Positions 1 through 9,408 of a stretch of 64,000 nucleotides of DNA are shown here, one piece after another; position 1 is the stretch's first letter, and the number at the start of each line of letters is the position of its first letter. This DNA comes from Planctomycetota bacterium. GTDB lineage: Bacteria > Planctomycetota > UBA1135. The stretch is from the NCBI GenBank assembly GCA_040264055.1, contig JBDQJC010000005.1, positions 1,440-65,439 on the forward strand. Direction: 5' to 3'. The position numbers and the translations under genes were made by a program. A model generated the notes under the pieces. It was not told the origin of the DNA. It saw only the letters and a list, made by a program, of their open reading frames with translations, and ran no database searches.

Positions 1-199
1 CTTCCACGATGTCTAACTCGAAGTTCGGCAGCACCTCTTTTTGCACGCCGAACGCCGCCCAAATTCCGCCGCCAATCAGCATGAACATCAGCAGATTGGC
101 GGCAATCGAGTTGCGCGCCATCCACGCGATCATGCCGCGCGAGGCGAGCTTGCGTTCGTGCTCGAGGTCGAGGTCCGGTTCGGAATCGGAACGGCTCAT
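1..199 (-). CDS. RND efflux permease (AcrB/CzcA-like), N-terminal fragment running off the window
   Basis: Hand translation of the minus strand from ATG at 199 gives [66 protein letters not shown]. This shows a basic stretch, a first TM helix and a Q-E-V-x-P-x-x-x-L-D segment typical of RND pump N-termini. ATGA start/stop overlap with the adaptor gene. Third gene in an OMF-MFP-RND order. Confidence 0.75.
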   Translation of the reverse strand, partial: MSRSDSEPDLDLEHERKLASRGMIAWMARNSIAANLLMFMLIGGGIWAAFGVQKEVLPNFELDIVE

Positions 200-1404
200 T
201 CGCTTGCTTCCTTGGCCTCGTTCGCGTCCGCGCCCTCGTTCTCGCCACGCAAGCGCAACGCCGAACCATCGACCGCAGTCGAAAGGTCGGTCGCGACCAC
301 TTGTTCGCCTGCTTCCAAGCCAGCCTCGATGTAGACATGACCGGAGTCGCGGAAAGCGATCTGCACCGCACGCACGCGCAACACGCCGTCCTCATACACC
401 CAAACGGTGTTCTCTTTGCGCAACAAGCTGCGATCTAAGCGCACCACATCTTGCACCTCGCGCCCGGCAATCGAGATCTCGAGGAAAGAGCCAATCATCA
501 ACGGCGGGGTGTGCTCTGGATCCTCCGCGAAACGCGCCAGCGGATCTTTCACCGCCACCATCACGCGGGCCAGCCGCGTTTCCTTGTCGAGCTCGCCGAT
601 CACCCGCTCGACCAGCCCTTCGCGGGTCACCCCGACCGGCCAAGCCGCGGCGTCACGCAAAGTCGCCGAGGAAGCTGGATCGCCGGGCGACTTTGGCACC
701 TGCAGCCAACGCAACTCGGACCGCGGCATCGTCGCCACCACCCAATAGGTATCCAAGCCGACCATGCGGCCGATGCTCTGGCCGCGCGCGACCTGCGAGC
801 CGACTTCAACCTGACGCTCTAAGACCAATGCATCAAACGGAGCCTGCACGCGGGTGCGTTCGAGTTCCAACTCGGCCTGCGCGACCGCGGCTTGCGCAGC
901 TTCGAGCTTGGCCTGCACCGTCGCCAATTGCGGGCTGCGCAGCACCAGGGCGCGCTGTTCTTGCGGAAGATCCTGATCCAACAGCGCGTAGTCTTTTTCG
1001 GCGACCTTCTGCCGGCCCATCTCGACCGCAACATCGGCTTCGGCTTGATGCAGCTCGGCCATGCGCTGCGCCAGCTGGTTTTCAAAATCGGCCGGATCGA
1101 CCACGATCAGCTCTTCGCCTTGCGCGACCAAACCGCCTGGCTCAAACGAGGCCGAGCGCTCCAAGACTTGGCCGGCAATACGCGGGCTGAGCATGATCTC
1201 GCGCACCGGACGCACCGTACCCACCGCCGAAATGCGCGGGCGGTAGTTCCCGCGTTCCACCGACACGACTTCGACCAACATCGCGGTGCGCTTGGTCGCG
1301 CTGACCTGCTCGGCCGCCGATTCGGTTAGGAAAATCGCCGCCAACACGCCGCCGGTCGTAGCGATCATCACGAAACAAACAAGTGCGGTCAGGCGTGGGC
1401 TCAT
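196..1404 (-). CDS. Efflux RND periplasmic adaptor (membrane fusion protein, HlyD/AcrA family)
   Basis: 402-aa ORF with N-terminal membrane anchor ([19 protein letters not shown]), paired coiled-coil segments ([17 protein letters not shown] / [29 protein letters not shown]) and C-terminal beta domains. 4-nt overlaps with both neighbours. Confidence 0.9.
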   Translation of the reverse strand: MSPRLTALVCFVMIATTGGVLAAIFLTESAAEQVSATKRTAMLVEVVSVERGNYRPRISAVGTVRPVREIMLSPRIAGQVLERSASFEPGGLVAQGEELIVVDPADFENQLAQRMAELHQAEADVAVEMGRQKVAEKDYALLDQDLPQEQRALVLRSPQLATVQAKLEAAQAAVAQAELELERTRVQAPFDALVLERQVEVGSQVARGQSIGRMVGLDTYWVVATMPRSELRWLQVPKSPGDPASSATLRDAAAWPVGVTREGLVERVIGELDKETRLARVMVAVKDPLARFAEDPEHTPPLMIGSFLEISIAGREVQDVVRLDRSLLRKENTVWVYEDGVLRVRAVQIAFRDSGHVYIEAGLEAGEQVVATDLSTAVDGSALRLRGENEGADANEAKEASE

Positions 1405-2807
1405 GATTCCTCTTCCCGTTCAGTCGCGAAGCCGCCGGCCAGCGCGCGATACAGCACGATCCGGGCTTCGATCAAATTCATGCGTGCAGCGAGAAGGTCG
1501 CGGCGCGTTTCTTGCACATCGGTCAAGGTAGTCAGCACGTCGAGGTACTCGCCAAAGCCGTTGAAGTACTCGGCGAGCAATTGCTCATAGGTTTGCTCGG
1601 CAAGTGCGAGCTGCTGCCCCAAGCTTGCGATCAACTCATGCTGGCCGCGCTCCAGCACCAACGCATCTTCGACCTCGCGAAAAGCTTGCAAGGTGATTTG
1701 GCCGTACTCAAGCAACCGTTGCTCGGCCAGCGCGCGGCTGCGCTCGACTTCGGCATCGCGCCGCTCGCCATCGATCAAAGGCAAGACTAAGTTGGCGGCC
1801 AAGTTTCGCAGCCAATCCTCGAACAACTCGTTCGCGCCTTGATCGTTTGTCGACAAAGATGCCGACAAACTCAGCCGCGGGTAACGCGCCGTCACGGCAA
1901 CCGCGACTTCCGCATCGGCCGAGCGCAGCAACAAGTATGCGCGCTGCACATCCGGGCGGCGACGCACCAACTCGGCCGGCAAACCAGCCGCCGGCAAAGC
2001 GGGAAGTTGTTCCAGACTCGGAAGCTGCGCGGCGTCGACCGGAACGCCCTCTTGCGGTGCTTGGCCAAGCAACACCGCGAGCAGATGTTCCAGTAGCTCG
2101 ACGCGGCTCTCGGAGTCAATCAGGCGCGCGCGCGTAGCTTCAATCAGCTGCTGCTGACGCAGAATGTCGACCCCGCGCACTTCGCCGATGCCGACCCGCG
2201 AACGAATCATCTGCAGGACTTGCTCGTTGGTTGCGATCTGCTCTTGCAGCAGCGCGCTTTGCGCTCGCGCTTCGAGCAACTGGAACCAAGCCAAACTCAG
2301 CTCGGCCGAAAGCGACAGCGCGGTGGCGCGGTAATCGGCCAGCGCCGCCTCGGCACGGAAGCGCTCGACATCCACGGCCGCATCCAGCCGCCCCCAAAGA
2401 TCGACCTCATAGGAAGCGCGCAGCCCCAAGCCGAAGCTCTCGCCATCGCCCCCACCGGGACGCCGCGATTCGAAATCGGCTTCGAGGTCCAGCTTGGGGC
2501 TCAGAGCCGAAGCCTCGCGCGACACCAGCGCACGCGCGGCGCGCAACTGCTGCCAAGCCGCGAGCAAATCGAAGTTGTCTCGCACTGCGCGATCGATCAG
2601 CGCGTTGAGTTCTGGGTCGGCGAATTCAGTCCACCATTGCGAGGGCACCAACCGCTCGCCCGCCGGTGAAAACGCCGCCGGCATGGCGATGACTTCGGGC
2701 AGCGCGGCTTGCTCGTCCTGAGCTAGCGGCCGACCACACGCCATCAACGCGCCGATCGCAGCAACCGCGAGCAGCGGTCGGCCGAGGGGGGAGACGAGCG
2801 ATGCCAC
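1401..2807 (-). CDS. Efflux outer membrane factor lipoprotein (NodT/TolC family)
   Basis: 468-aa ORF with GTG start. Signal peptide with lipobox LMAC. WWTEFADPELNALIDRAVRDNFDL and YEVDLWGRL motifs and a two-repeat TolC-like architecture. First gene of the efflux operon. Confidence 0.9.
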   Translation of the reverse strand: MASLVSPLGRPLLAVAAIGALMACGRPLAQDEQAALPEVIAMPAAFSPAGERLVPSQWWTEFADPELNALIDRAVRDNFDLLAAWQQLRAARALVSREASALSPKLDLEADFESRRPGGGDGESFGLGLRASYEVDLWGRLDAAVDVERFRAEAALADYRATALSLSAELSLAWFQLLEARAQSALLQEQIATNEQVLQMIRSRVGIGEVRGVDILRQQQLIEATRARLIDSESRVELLEHLLAVLLGQAPQEGVPVDAAQLPSLEQLPALPAAGLPAELVRRRPDVQRAYLLLRSADAEVAVAVTARYPRLSLSASLSTNDQGANELFEDWLRNLAANLVLPLIDGERRDAEVERSRALAEQRLLEYGQITLQAFREVEDALVLERGQHELIASLGQQLALAEQTYEQLLAEYFNGFGEYLDVLTTLTDVQETRRDLLAARMNLIEARIVLYRALAGGFATEREEES

Positions 2808-2813
2808 TGAGGG

Positions 2814-2819
2814 AATCTA
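2814..2819 (-). promoter_or_regulatory. -10-like hexamer TAGATT, 6 nt upstream of the OMF GTG start (leaderless configuration)
   Basis: Plus strand aatcta at 2814-2819. Minus strand reads TAGATTccctcaGTG. Confidence 0.4.
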
Positions 2820-2902
2820 GGTCAAGTCAGCGCCTGGCTCCACCTTTCCCAACCAAAGGCACTTGTCAGGCCGCCTCAAGACACCTGATTCTCGCCTAGG
2901 AC

Positions 2903-4591
2903 TTAGCTTTGGCCCGGTACATCGACGCCGCGCTCGCGCATGGCGGTGACGGCTTCCTCGTAGCCCGCATCAACGTGGCGGACCACGCCCATGCCGGGGT
3001 CGTTGGTCAGCACCGCACGAATGCGTTCATCGGTTTCGAAAGTGCCATCGCAACACAGCACCTGACCCGAGTGTTGGCTGTAGCCAATGCCGACGCCGCC
3101 GCCGTGGTGCAAGCTGACCCAGCTGGCGCCGCCGGCCACCGCCAGCATCGCGTTGAGTAGTGGCCAATCGGCGACCGCATCGCTGCCATCTTTCATGGCT
3201 TCGGTCTCGCGGTTGGGGCTCGCGACCGAGCCGCAATCTAAGTGGTCGCGACCGAGCGCAATCGGCGCGCTGAGCTCGCCATCGCGCACCATGCGGTTGA
3301 ACTCCAAGCCGGCGACGTGGCGTTCGCCGTAGCCGAGCCAGCAAATCCGCGCCGGCAAGCCTTGGAAAGCCACGCGCTCGGAAGCCATGCGAATCCAGCG
3401 GCACAGACTTTCCTTATGCGGGAAGAGGCGCAGGATGGCTTCGTCGGTCTTGCGAATGTCCTCGGGGTCGCCGGACAGCGCAGCCCAACGGAATGGACCC
3501 ATGCCCTCGCAAAACAACGGGCGAATGTAAGCCGGCACGAAGCCCGGGAAGTCGAAAGCATTCTCAACCCCGGCGCGCTCTTGGGCGAAGCCGCGCAGGT
3601 TGTTGCCGTAGTCAAAAGTCTCGGCGCCGCGCTCTTGCAGCGCGAGCATCAAACGCACATGTTCCCCCATCGTGCGGAAACTCTCGACCTGATAAGCCTC
3701 GGGATCCGATTCGCGTAATTGAATCGCTGCCTCAAAGGTCATCTGGTTAGGAAGATAACCACCGAGAGGGTCATGCGCGCTGGTCTGGTCAGTTAGCAGC
3801 TCGGGGGTGATGTTTCGGTCCAACAACTCCTGCAGCAACTCGGTCGCATTGCAACACACACCAATGCTCACCGCCTCGCCGGCTTCCTTCGCCTGCAGCG
3901 CGCGTGCGATTGCCGCGTCGATGCTCGGCTGCAACTCATCCAGGTACTTGGTGCGCAAACGGAAGTCCAAACGCGCTTGCTCGGCATCGGCAATTAAGCA
4001 AGTGCCTTCGTTCATGGTCACGGCCATCGGCTGCGCGCCGCCCATGCCGCCGCAACCAGCCGTCACCGAAAGCGTGCCTTTCAGCGTGCCGCCAAAGCTC
4101 TTCCTGGCCGCAGCGGCGAAGGTCTCGTAAGTGCCTTGCAAGATGCCTTGCGTGCCAATGTAAATCCACGAGCCCGCGGTCATCTGCCCGTACATCATCA
4201 GGCCTGCGCGCTCGAGCTCACGGAAGTGTTCCCAGGTCGCCCACTTGCCAACCAGGTTGCTATTCGCAATCAGCACCTTGCTCGCGCCAGGCCGGGTGCG
4301 AAACACCGCGACCGGTTTGCCGCTTTGCACCAGCAGCGTCTCGTCGGTTTCAAGCCGCTGCAAAGTCGCGACGATTTCTTGCGCGGCTTCCCAGTTACGC
4401 GCAGCCTTGCCAGTGCCGCCGTAGACCACCAAATCTTCCGGACGCTCGGCCACCTCGGCGTCGAGGTTGTTCAAGAACATCCGCAAGGCCGCCTCGGCGT
4501 GCCAATCCTTGCAGTGCAAGGTATTGCCGTGCGGCGCCTTTTGCGCAGTGCCCGGGGTGATGGTCAGAAGCTTGCGTTTCGTAGCCGGCAT
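2903..4591 (-). CDS. hutU: Urocanate hydratase (urocanase)
   Basis: 562-aa ORF with conserved urocanase blocks along the full length: [72 protein letters not shown]. Confidence 0.97.
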   Translation of the reverse strand: MPATKRKLLTITPGTAQKAPHGNTLHCKDWHAEAALRMFLNNLDAEVAERPEDLVVYGGTGKAARNWEAAQEIVATLQRLETDETLLVQSGKPVAVFRTRPGASKVLIANSNLVGKWATWEHFRELERAGLMMYGQMTAGSWIYIGTQGILQGTYETFAAAARKSFGGTLKGTLSVTAGCGGMGGAQPMAVTMNEGTCLIADAEQARLDFRLRTKYLDELQPSIDAAIARALQAKEAGEAVSIGVCCNATELLQELLDRNITPELLTDQTSAHDPLGGYLPNQMTFEAAIQLRESDPEAYQVESFRTMGEHVRLMLALQERGAETFDYGNNLRGFAQERAGVENAFDFPGFVPAYIRPLFCEGMGPFRWAALSGDPEDIRKTDEAILRLFPHKESLCRWIRMASERVAFQGLPARICWLGYGERHVAGLEFNRMVRDGELSAPIALGRDHLDCGSVASPNRETEAMKDGSDAVADWPLLNAMLAVAGGASWVSLHHGGGVGIGYSQHSGQVLCCDGTFETDERIRAVLTNDPGMGVVRHVDAGYEEAVTAMRERGVDVPGQS

Positions 4592-4597
4592 ACGCCG

Positions 4598-4603
4598 ATT
4601 CTA
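4598..4603 (-). promoter_or_regulatory. -10-like hexamer TAGAAT, 6 nt upstream of hutU ATG (leaderless configuration)
   Basis: Minus strand reads TAGAATcggcgtATG. No Shine-Dalgarno is possible in 6 nt. Confidence 0.45.
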
Positions 4604-4632
4604 CGCGCGCGCCGCGCCTCGGCTCTTGCGCG

Positions 4633-5007
4633 CTACTTGCGCTTGTTCAACCAGGTGCGTTCCAAGCGGTACAGCACAACCACTTCCAATGCGGCGAAGA
4701 CCAGAAATGCGGTGCCCGCCCATGGACGGAAACTATGGCGCAAATCGGGGTCCAACCAAAGCGTGTTCAACAAGCCGACCGTCCAGAACAGCAGATTGCG
4801 CGGGATCGACCAGTGGCTCAGCCCTGCTTCGGCTTGGCTCAACCGTTGGGTGAGCCCGATCAGCTGATACACCAGCAGCGCGATCACAAAGGCAAGGGCC
4901 GCCGTGTCCAGTACATCGAGCGTGGCCCCACCCAAGCGAATGACGTGCACCAATGCGACGCCGCAGACCAAGCTGCGCAGGGTGTAGGAGTTGTGAATCG
5001 GGGTCAT
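4633..5007 (-). CDS. Small integral membrane protein (about 4 TM), function unknown
   Basis: 124-aa hydrophobic ORF. ATGA overlap with the upstream wHTH regulator gene. Last gene of a 3-gene unit. Confidence 0.6.
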   Translation of the reverse strand: MTPIHNSYTLRSLVCGVALVHVIRLGGATLDVLDTAALAFVIALLVYQLIGLTQRLSQAEAGLSHWSIPRNLLFWTVGLLNTLWLDPDLRHSFRPWAGTAFLVFAALEVVVLYRLERTWLNKRK

Positions 5008-5279
5008 TCCAGGAGCTCGAGGATCTTCCGGCGGTACTCCGCATACGCGGCGCGTCCCTCGGCCGTCAGGCGAAACACGGTGCGCGGTTTGCGCTCGGCA
5101 AACTCCTTGCGCACCTCGAGATAGCGCGCCTCTTCGAGCTTTCGCACGTGGGTCGCGAGATTGCCCCAGCTAAGACCGGTTTGGCCCTGAAGCCAAGTCG
5201 CATCGGCATCGTCGACCACCATCAGTTGCTTGACGATGGAAAGGCGCGCCGGAGCGTGAATGAGTTTGTCGAGCTCCAC
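5004..5279 (-). CDS. Winged-helix transcriptional regulator (ArsR/MarR-like, HTH_34-like)
   Basis: 91-aa ORF with GTG start. IHAPARLSIVKQL...GLSWGNLATHVRKLEEARYLEVRKEF...KPRTVFRLTAEGRAAY is a classic wHTH recognition helix plus wing. Confidence 0.8.
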   Translation of the reverse strand: MELDKLIHAPARLSIVKQLMVVDDADATWLQGQTGLSWGNLATHVRKLEEARYLEVRKEFAERKPRTVFRLTAEGRAAYAEYRRKILELLE

Positions 5280-5283
5280 GGAC

Positions 5284-5916
5284 TTAGCGCGAGGCGTCGA
5301 ACAGGTCGCTCGGGACGTCCGAAATCGGGTGGCTGCGCATGAATCGGGTGCAAAGCGTGATCCCGGTCAACAACACGATCGTGCCACTGATCATCAATGG
5401 CAGAGTCGGCTCGTCCCAACGGCTGCCCTTTTCAATGGAGAGATGGCAGCCCAGGAAGCTCAGCATGATGGCGACCGCGTAGGCGTGACCTCGTTTGGCC
5501 CCGTAAATCAGCCCGATCATGGTCGCGATCAAGGCCAGCGGGAAGGCGAGGACCATCACCCCGAGGCTGTCCATCCTGGCTCGGAAGTCCCCCGCTTCGG
5601 TATCGCTCGCGAGGTACAGCGCCAGCCCCGCCACCGCGGTGAAGGTGAAAAGCCCGATCATCAGCAGGCGTTTCGAGCGCACGGTTTGCTCCTTGAGCGT
5701 GACGTGACCAATGCGCGGGGCGATCAGCCGCTTGCGAATCGCGAAGCCGGTGGGGTAGATCACGGCGAATGTGATGCCGCCCAGCCCGGCTTGCCCAGCC
5801 TCGACCAAGAAGCCCCAGGCGACAAAACACAAGCCGCAGAGGATGTCTAGAATGCCGTCTTCGAGTGCGGCGCGGTGAAATGCCTGCTTTTCAGCTGCTT
5901 GGAGTTCCAGGTCCAT
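5284..5916 (-). CDS. Integral membrane protein (about 6 TM), function unknown
   Basis: The ORF track gives 5284-5982. I prefer the ATG at 5916 (MDLELQAAEKQ...) because a TATTAT box lies 6 nt upstream and the longer form invades the divergent promoter region. Confidence 0.6.
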   Translation of the reverse strand: MDLELQAAEKQAFHRAALEDGILDILCGLCFVAWGFLVEAGQAGLGGITFAVIYPTGFAIRKRLIAPRIGHVTLKEQTVRSKRLLMIGLFTFTAVAGLALYLASDTEAGDFRARMDSLGVMVLAFPLALIATMIGLIYGAKRGHAYAVAIMLSFLGCHLSIEKGSRWDEPTLPLMISGTIVLLTGITLCTRFMRSHPISDVPSDLFDASR

Positions 5917-5922
5917 GCGCCA

Positions 5923-5928
5923 ATAATA
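5923..5928 (-). promoter_or_regulatory. -10-like hexamer TATTAT, 6 nt upstream of ATG 5916 (leaderless configuration)
   Basis: Minus strand reads TATTATtggcgcATG. Confidence 0.4.
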
Positions 5929-5929
5929 C

Positions 5930-5944
5930 AAAGCACTTTGCTTT
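5930..5944. promoter_or_regulatory. 15-bp palindrome AAAGCA-ctt-TGCTTT abutting the -10 box; candidate operator for the wHTH regulator
   Basis: Perfect 6-bp half sites with a 3-bp spacer at 5930-5935 and 5939-5944, inside the 77-bp divergent region between 5916 (-) and 5994 (+). Confidence 0.3.
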
Positions 5945-5993
5945 AAAAAGTAGAAATCCGAGTCCAGACCGGCTTGGCCCACGAAGAGTCAGC

Positions 5994-6425
5994 ATGTCGC
6001 GCCGCGCCCTCGCCTTGTTTTTGCTCGCCCTCGGGGGTTTGAGCGCCCTTGGCTTTGGCATCTATGGCCTGGTCAGCCCTTCGGCAACCGCTGCCGCCGT
6101 TTCGCTTGAGCCGCAGAACGCCTTCGGCCGCGGCGAAATCCGCGCGCTCTACGGCGGCATGTGGACGGCCATGGGCGTGCTGGTCTTCGGCGCGCTGCGG
6201 CAGCTCGCCTCGCGCGGCAAGCTCGTGCCCAATGCCGAAACTCGCGCAACCGAACGCATCCGCACAATCGCACTGTGCTGGACCGGTGTGCCGCTTGCGC
6301 GCGGGCTCGCCACCCTGCTTGACGGCTCCGAGGGCGGATCTGTCGCCCTCTTTATTCTCGCCGAAGTCGCGATGGTCGCCACTTTGCTCGGCGGCCTTGC
6401 TTTGCTGCCCACTCGACGCGCCTAG
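5994..6425 (+). CDS. Small integral membrane protein (4 TM), function unknown
   Basis: Internal ATG of ORF 5865-6425 (MSRRALALFLLALGGLSALGFGIYGLV...). Four hydrophobic helices. The upstream part of the ORF is not protein-like. Confidence 0.6.
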   Translation: MSRRALALFLLALGGLSALGFGIYGLVSPSATAAAVSLEPQNAFGRGEIRALYGGMWTAMGVLVFGALRQLASRGKLVPNAETRATERIRTIALCWTGVPLARGLATLLDGSEGGSVALFILAEVAMVATLLGGLALLPTRRA

Positions 6426-6592
6426 TTGCCCGGCCAAGTCTTCTGCAGCAAAGGCGCCAAGCTAGCGTGCCGGCGTCCGCCTTCATCGATCATTCAGCGG
6501 CGCACGCGTAGGCTGGGGAGTGCGTGAAATCGTGTCCAACGCCAAGCGCCACGCGCCTTGCCCTGACCTCCACGCGCCCCACGCCGACCTCC

Positions 6593-7117
6593 ATGCGTAC
6601 CCTACTTCTCCTCCGCCACGGCAAGTCTGACTGGGACCACGATCTGCCCGATCACGATCGCACTCTTTCTAAGCGTGGCCGCAAAGCTGCCAAAGCGATG
6701 GGCAAGTACATCGCGTCCACCGGGCCACGTCCGACACAGGTGCTTTGTTCCGATTCAAAACGCACGCGCGAAACCTGGGAGATCATTGCCGAATCCGATT
6801 GGGGCTCCGAGCCACCGGTATGCGAGTTCCTTCCTGAACTTTATTTGGCATCCGCCGAAGGCTTGTTGCGCCGCATCCGCCAGGTCGACGCCGAGACCGA
6901 GACCCTGCTGGTCATCGCCCACGAGCCAGGCTGCTCGGGGCTGGTGCATGCCTTGACCGGTGCACGCATGCGCTATCCGACCGCCGCCCTCGCTCGGATC
7001 GATACACCGCACGAAAACTGGCGCTCGCTCTCGGAAAACGAAGGCGAATTGCGCCTACTGCTGCCGCCCAAGCAACTTCCGGTCAAGAATGGCGGCGGCG
7101 CAGCGTTGGAAGACTAG
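6593..7117 (+). CDS. Histidine phosphatase family protein (SixA-like phosphohistidine phosphatase)
   Basis: MRTLLLLRHGKSDW (RHG catalytic motif), LSKRGRKAA, LCSDSKRTRETW, VIAHEPG. I chose the ATG at 6593 inside ORF 6524-7117. Confidence 0.85.
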   Translation: MRTLLLLRHGKSDWDHDLPDHDRTLSKRGRKAAKAMGKYIASTGPRPTQVLCSDSKRTRETWEIIAESDWGSEPPVCEFLPELYLASAEGLLRRIRQVDAETETLLVIAHEPGCSGLVHALTGARMRYPTAALARIDTPHENWRSLSENEGELRLLLPPKQLPVKNGGGAALED

Positions 7118-7119
7118 TC

Positions 7120-8478
7120 ATGCTGACTCTCGCGCTCCTTTCCCTAGCTTCGCCCCAACTGCAGGCCGCTGGCCAACCTCCGTCGATCCCCGACGGCTAC
7201 TGGAATGCTCGATTGGAATCGCCCGGTGGCGAACTGCCTTTCGGCATCGAGCTGCGCCGCCCGCGCGGCGTCGATTTGAGCGAAACGGGAAACGAGGTTT
7301 GGACCGCCGCACTGATCAACGGCCCCGAGCGCATCGAGATCAGCGAAGCAATCTGGTTGGTCGACGCCGATGGAGCCTCAGAGAACTGGACGCTCGAGCT
7401 GCGCTTTCCGCACTACGACTCCGTGATTCGGTGCCAGACTTCGTTGGAAGGCTCGATTCTCAGCGGCGAGTGGATCAAGACCAGTGGGAAGGACAAGCAA
7501 ACGCGCATGGAGTTCCTAGCTCGCTATTCCGGCAGCTCCGATCCGAAGCCGCTTGCCGTGAATCGCTTTCGACCGCGCCCCTTCCCACCGGGCGCGAAGC
7601 CGCTCACTCTGGCGCCGCGCTATCGCGTGCAGTTCGAGTCTTCCAGAGATCCAGCAGTTGGAATTTTCAAGGTCAACGAGGACCAAAGCGTGCATGCGAC
7701 TTTCTTGACGACGACGGGCGACTACCGCTACCTCGCTGGAAATCTCGATGCCGGCGGTTTGCGGCTGTCGTGCTTCGATGGTGCGCATGCTTTCCTTTTC
7801 ACCGCCGAGGGAGCCCCCAATCGGCAGATTAGTAGTGGCCGAGTTCATGGTGGTCTCTCCAGCCTCGCTGGCCACTTCTATAGTCGGGACACGTGGCACG
7901 AAAGCTGGCAAGCCGAGCCCGACGCCGAGATTCAGTTGCCCGACGCCTGGAAAGAGGTCGGCCTGAAACCAGAAGCCGAACGTCCTGATTGGCGGCGCTT
8001 CCAGGCAACTGCCTTGGACGGAAGCAGCGTCGAACTGGGTGCGCTGGCCAAGCCAGGCCAAGCGCGCTTGCTGGTGCTATTTGGAAGCTGGTGCCCAAAC
8101 TGCCACGACGAACATCGCTACCTCAAGCAGCTCTACGCAAAGTACGCCGAGCGCGGTCTCGCCATCACCAGTCTGGCTTTCGAACTGGGCGGCGATCGCG
8201 ATCGCGACCTCGCTCAGCTGACGCGCTACCAGTCAGCCATGCAACTTCCGTGGCCGGTCGTCCTGGTGTCCGATAGCACCGACAAGAAGCTCGCCGCGCA
8301 AGCCTTCCCGATCGTTGACGCGGTGAAGTCATACCCGACGACCCTGTTCATCGACGCAAACGGAACCATCCGTGCCCTGCACTCTGGCTTTAGCGGCCCC
8401 GCCACTGGCGAGGCATATGAACGCTTACAGCGCAGCTTCGAAGAGAAGATCGAAGCACTTTTCGCCACCGGAAAATAG
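7120..8478 (+). CDS. Secreted TlpA/redoxin-family thiol-disulfide oxidoreductase with about 270-aa N-terminal domain of unknown function
   Basis: Signal peptide MLTLALLSLASPQLQAAG. C-terminal thioredoxin fold with LLVLFGSWCPNCHDEHRYLKQLY (WCPNC active site). Confidence 0.8.
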   Translation: MLTLALLSLASPQLQAAGQPPSIPDGYWNARLESPGGELPFGIELRRPRGVDLSETGNEVWTAALINGPERIEISEAIWLVDADGASENWTLELRFPHYDSVIRCQTSLEGSILSGEWIKTSGKDKQTRMEFLARYSGSSDPKPLAVNRFRPRPFPPGAKPLTLAPRYRVQFESSRDPAVGIFKVNEDQSVHATFLTTTGDYRYLAGNLDAGGLRLSCFDGAHAFLFTAEGAPNRQISSGRVHGGLSSLAGHFYSRDTWHESWQAEPDAEIQLPDAWKEVGLKPEAERPDWRRFQATALDGSSVELGALAKPGQARLLVLFGSWCPNCHDEHRYLKQLYAKYAERGLAITSLAFELGGDRDRDLAQLTRYQSAMQLPWPVVLVSDSTDKKLAAQAFPIVDAVKSYPTTLFIDANGTIRALHSGFSGPATGEAYERLQRSFEEKIEALFATGK

Positions 8479-8508
8479 CGCAAAGGCGAAAGACCACGCG
8501 CCCGCCGA

Positions 8509-8901
8509 TCAGGACGGTGGGTTCTTCATCGTGAAGCGGTGCTCTTCCACGAGCTGCATCAGGTCGAAGCTCGACAGAATGCCAACGATCTGTTTTTCGT
8601 GAGTGACGACCACATGATTGACATGGTGCTTGCGCATCAGCCGTGCGGCTTCGTGCGGGCCGTTGTACTGCGGAATCGTCCACACCTTGCCACTGAGCAT
8701 GCTCGACACATGCGACTGATCCGATTCCGATAGAGCCAAGTCCAATGTGGTCACGATGCCCTTGGGGTGTCCATCTGAATCAACTACGGGCAGCGCATGA
8801 AACTTGTGCCTTTCGAACAAGGTGCGCACATGACCCATGGTGTGATGGGGCTCGACGGTAACAACCGACTTGCTCATGAGGTCTGCGATCTTGACGTTCA
8901 T
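8509..8901 (-). CDS. CBS-domain pair protein
   Basis: About 130-aa ORF. Two CBS repeats (IADLMSKSVVTVEPHHTMGHVRTLFERHKFHALPVVD / VNHVVVTHEKQIVGILSSFDL). ATG at 8901, or GTG at 8904. Confidence 0.85.
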   Translation of the reverse strand: MNVKIADLMSKSVVTVEPHHTMGHVRTLFERHKFHALPVVDSDGHPKGIVTTLDLALSESDQSHVSSMLSGKVWTIPQYNGPHEAARLMRKHHVNHVVVTHEKQIVGILSSFDLMQLVEEHRFTMKNPPS

Positions 8902-8930
8902 CACTCCACGCTAACCCCTCGTAAGGAGTT

Positions 8931-9353
8931 TCAAAGGGGTGAAACTCCGTCTTCTCCACCAAGATGCGGCAAATCATCCTGTGGCACCGGCAACCACGCG
9001 GGCGGCCGATCCGCATAGACGCGTGCGCTGGGAAGCTTGCCGGGATCTGCCTCGAGCGCAGCGACCGCGATATGAATTTCTCCCGGCCAACGCGGCGCGG
9101 AAAAAAACAAGGGCGAACCGCAGCTGCGACAAAAGCGCCGGCTCGCCCCGGTGGGCGTGAGCCATTGAGCTAAGTCCGCTTCACTTTTTCCAAGCAACTG
9201 CAGACTCGCTTCTTCGTAGCCCGCCCATTCAACCGCGCCGGCGCCGTGCGCGCGCCGACAGTTATCGCAATGGCAGTAGGAAACAAAGCGCGGCTCGCCT
9301 TGCACCCGAAAGCGAACCACACCGCAAGAGCAACCTCCTTCGACAACCCGCAT
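8931..9353 (-). CDS. GFA-family (glutathione-dependent formaldehyde-activating / CENP-V-like) zinc protein
   Basis: Cys ligand pattern GGCSCG...YCHCDNCRRAHG...FCRSCGSPLF. Start taken at ATG 9353 (M27 of ORF 8931-9431), supported by a TAGAGT box 5 nt upstream. Confidence 0.8.
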   Translation of the reverse strand: MRVVEGGCSCGVVRFRVQGEPRFVSYCHCDNCRRAHGAGAVEWAGYEEASLQLLGKSEADLAQWLTPTGASRRFCRSCGSPLFFSAPRWPGEIHIAVAALEADPGKLPSARVYADRPPAWLPVPQDDLPHLGGEDGVSPL

Positions 9354-9358
9354 ACCCC

Positions 9359-9364
9359 ACTCTA
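9359..9364 (-). promoter_or_regulatory. -10-like hexamer TAGAGT, 5 nt upstream of ATG 9353 (leaderless configuration)
   Basis: Minus strand reads TAGAGTggggtATG. It mirrors the plus-strand TAGAGT at 9395-9400 in the same 55-bp divergent region. Confidence 0.4.
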
Positions 9365-9394
9365 CGCAATGCCGGGCGCTCGCTCCACGCTCGT

Positions 9395-9400
9395 TAGAGT
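9395..9400 (+). promoter_or_regulatory. -10-like hexamer TAGAGT, 8 nt upstream of ATG 9409 (leaderless configuration)
   Basis: TAGAGTggagctgcATG. Confidence 0.4.
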
Positions 9401-9408
9401 GGAGCTGC

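Noticed and set aside
9-1190. 393-aa plus-strand ORF (Arg/Pro/Ser/Ala-rich) covering the efflux adaptor locus
   Set aside because: It is antisense shadow ORF of the well-supported minus-strand MFP gene. The composition (RPRSRP...) is typical of out-of-frame or antisense translation in high-GC DNA, and it has no motifs.
8925-8948. 8-bp hairpin GGAGTTTC-N8-GAAACTCC spanning the GFA gene stop as a terminator
   Set aside because: The stem is short, no T-tract follows it, and the CBS gene follows 26 nt later in an apparent operon.
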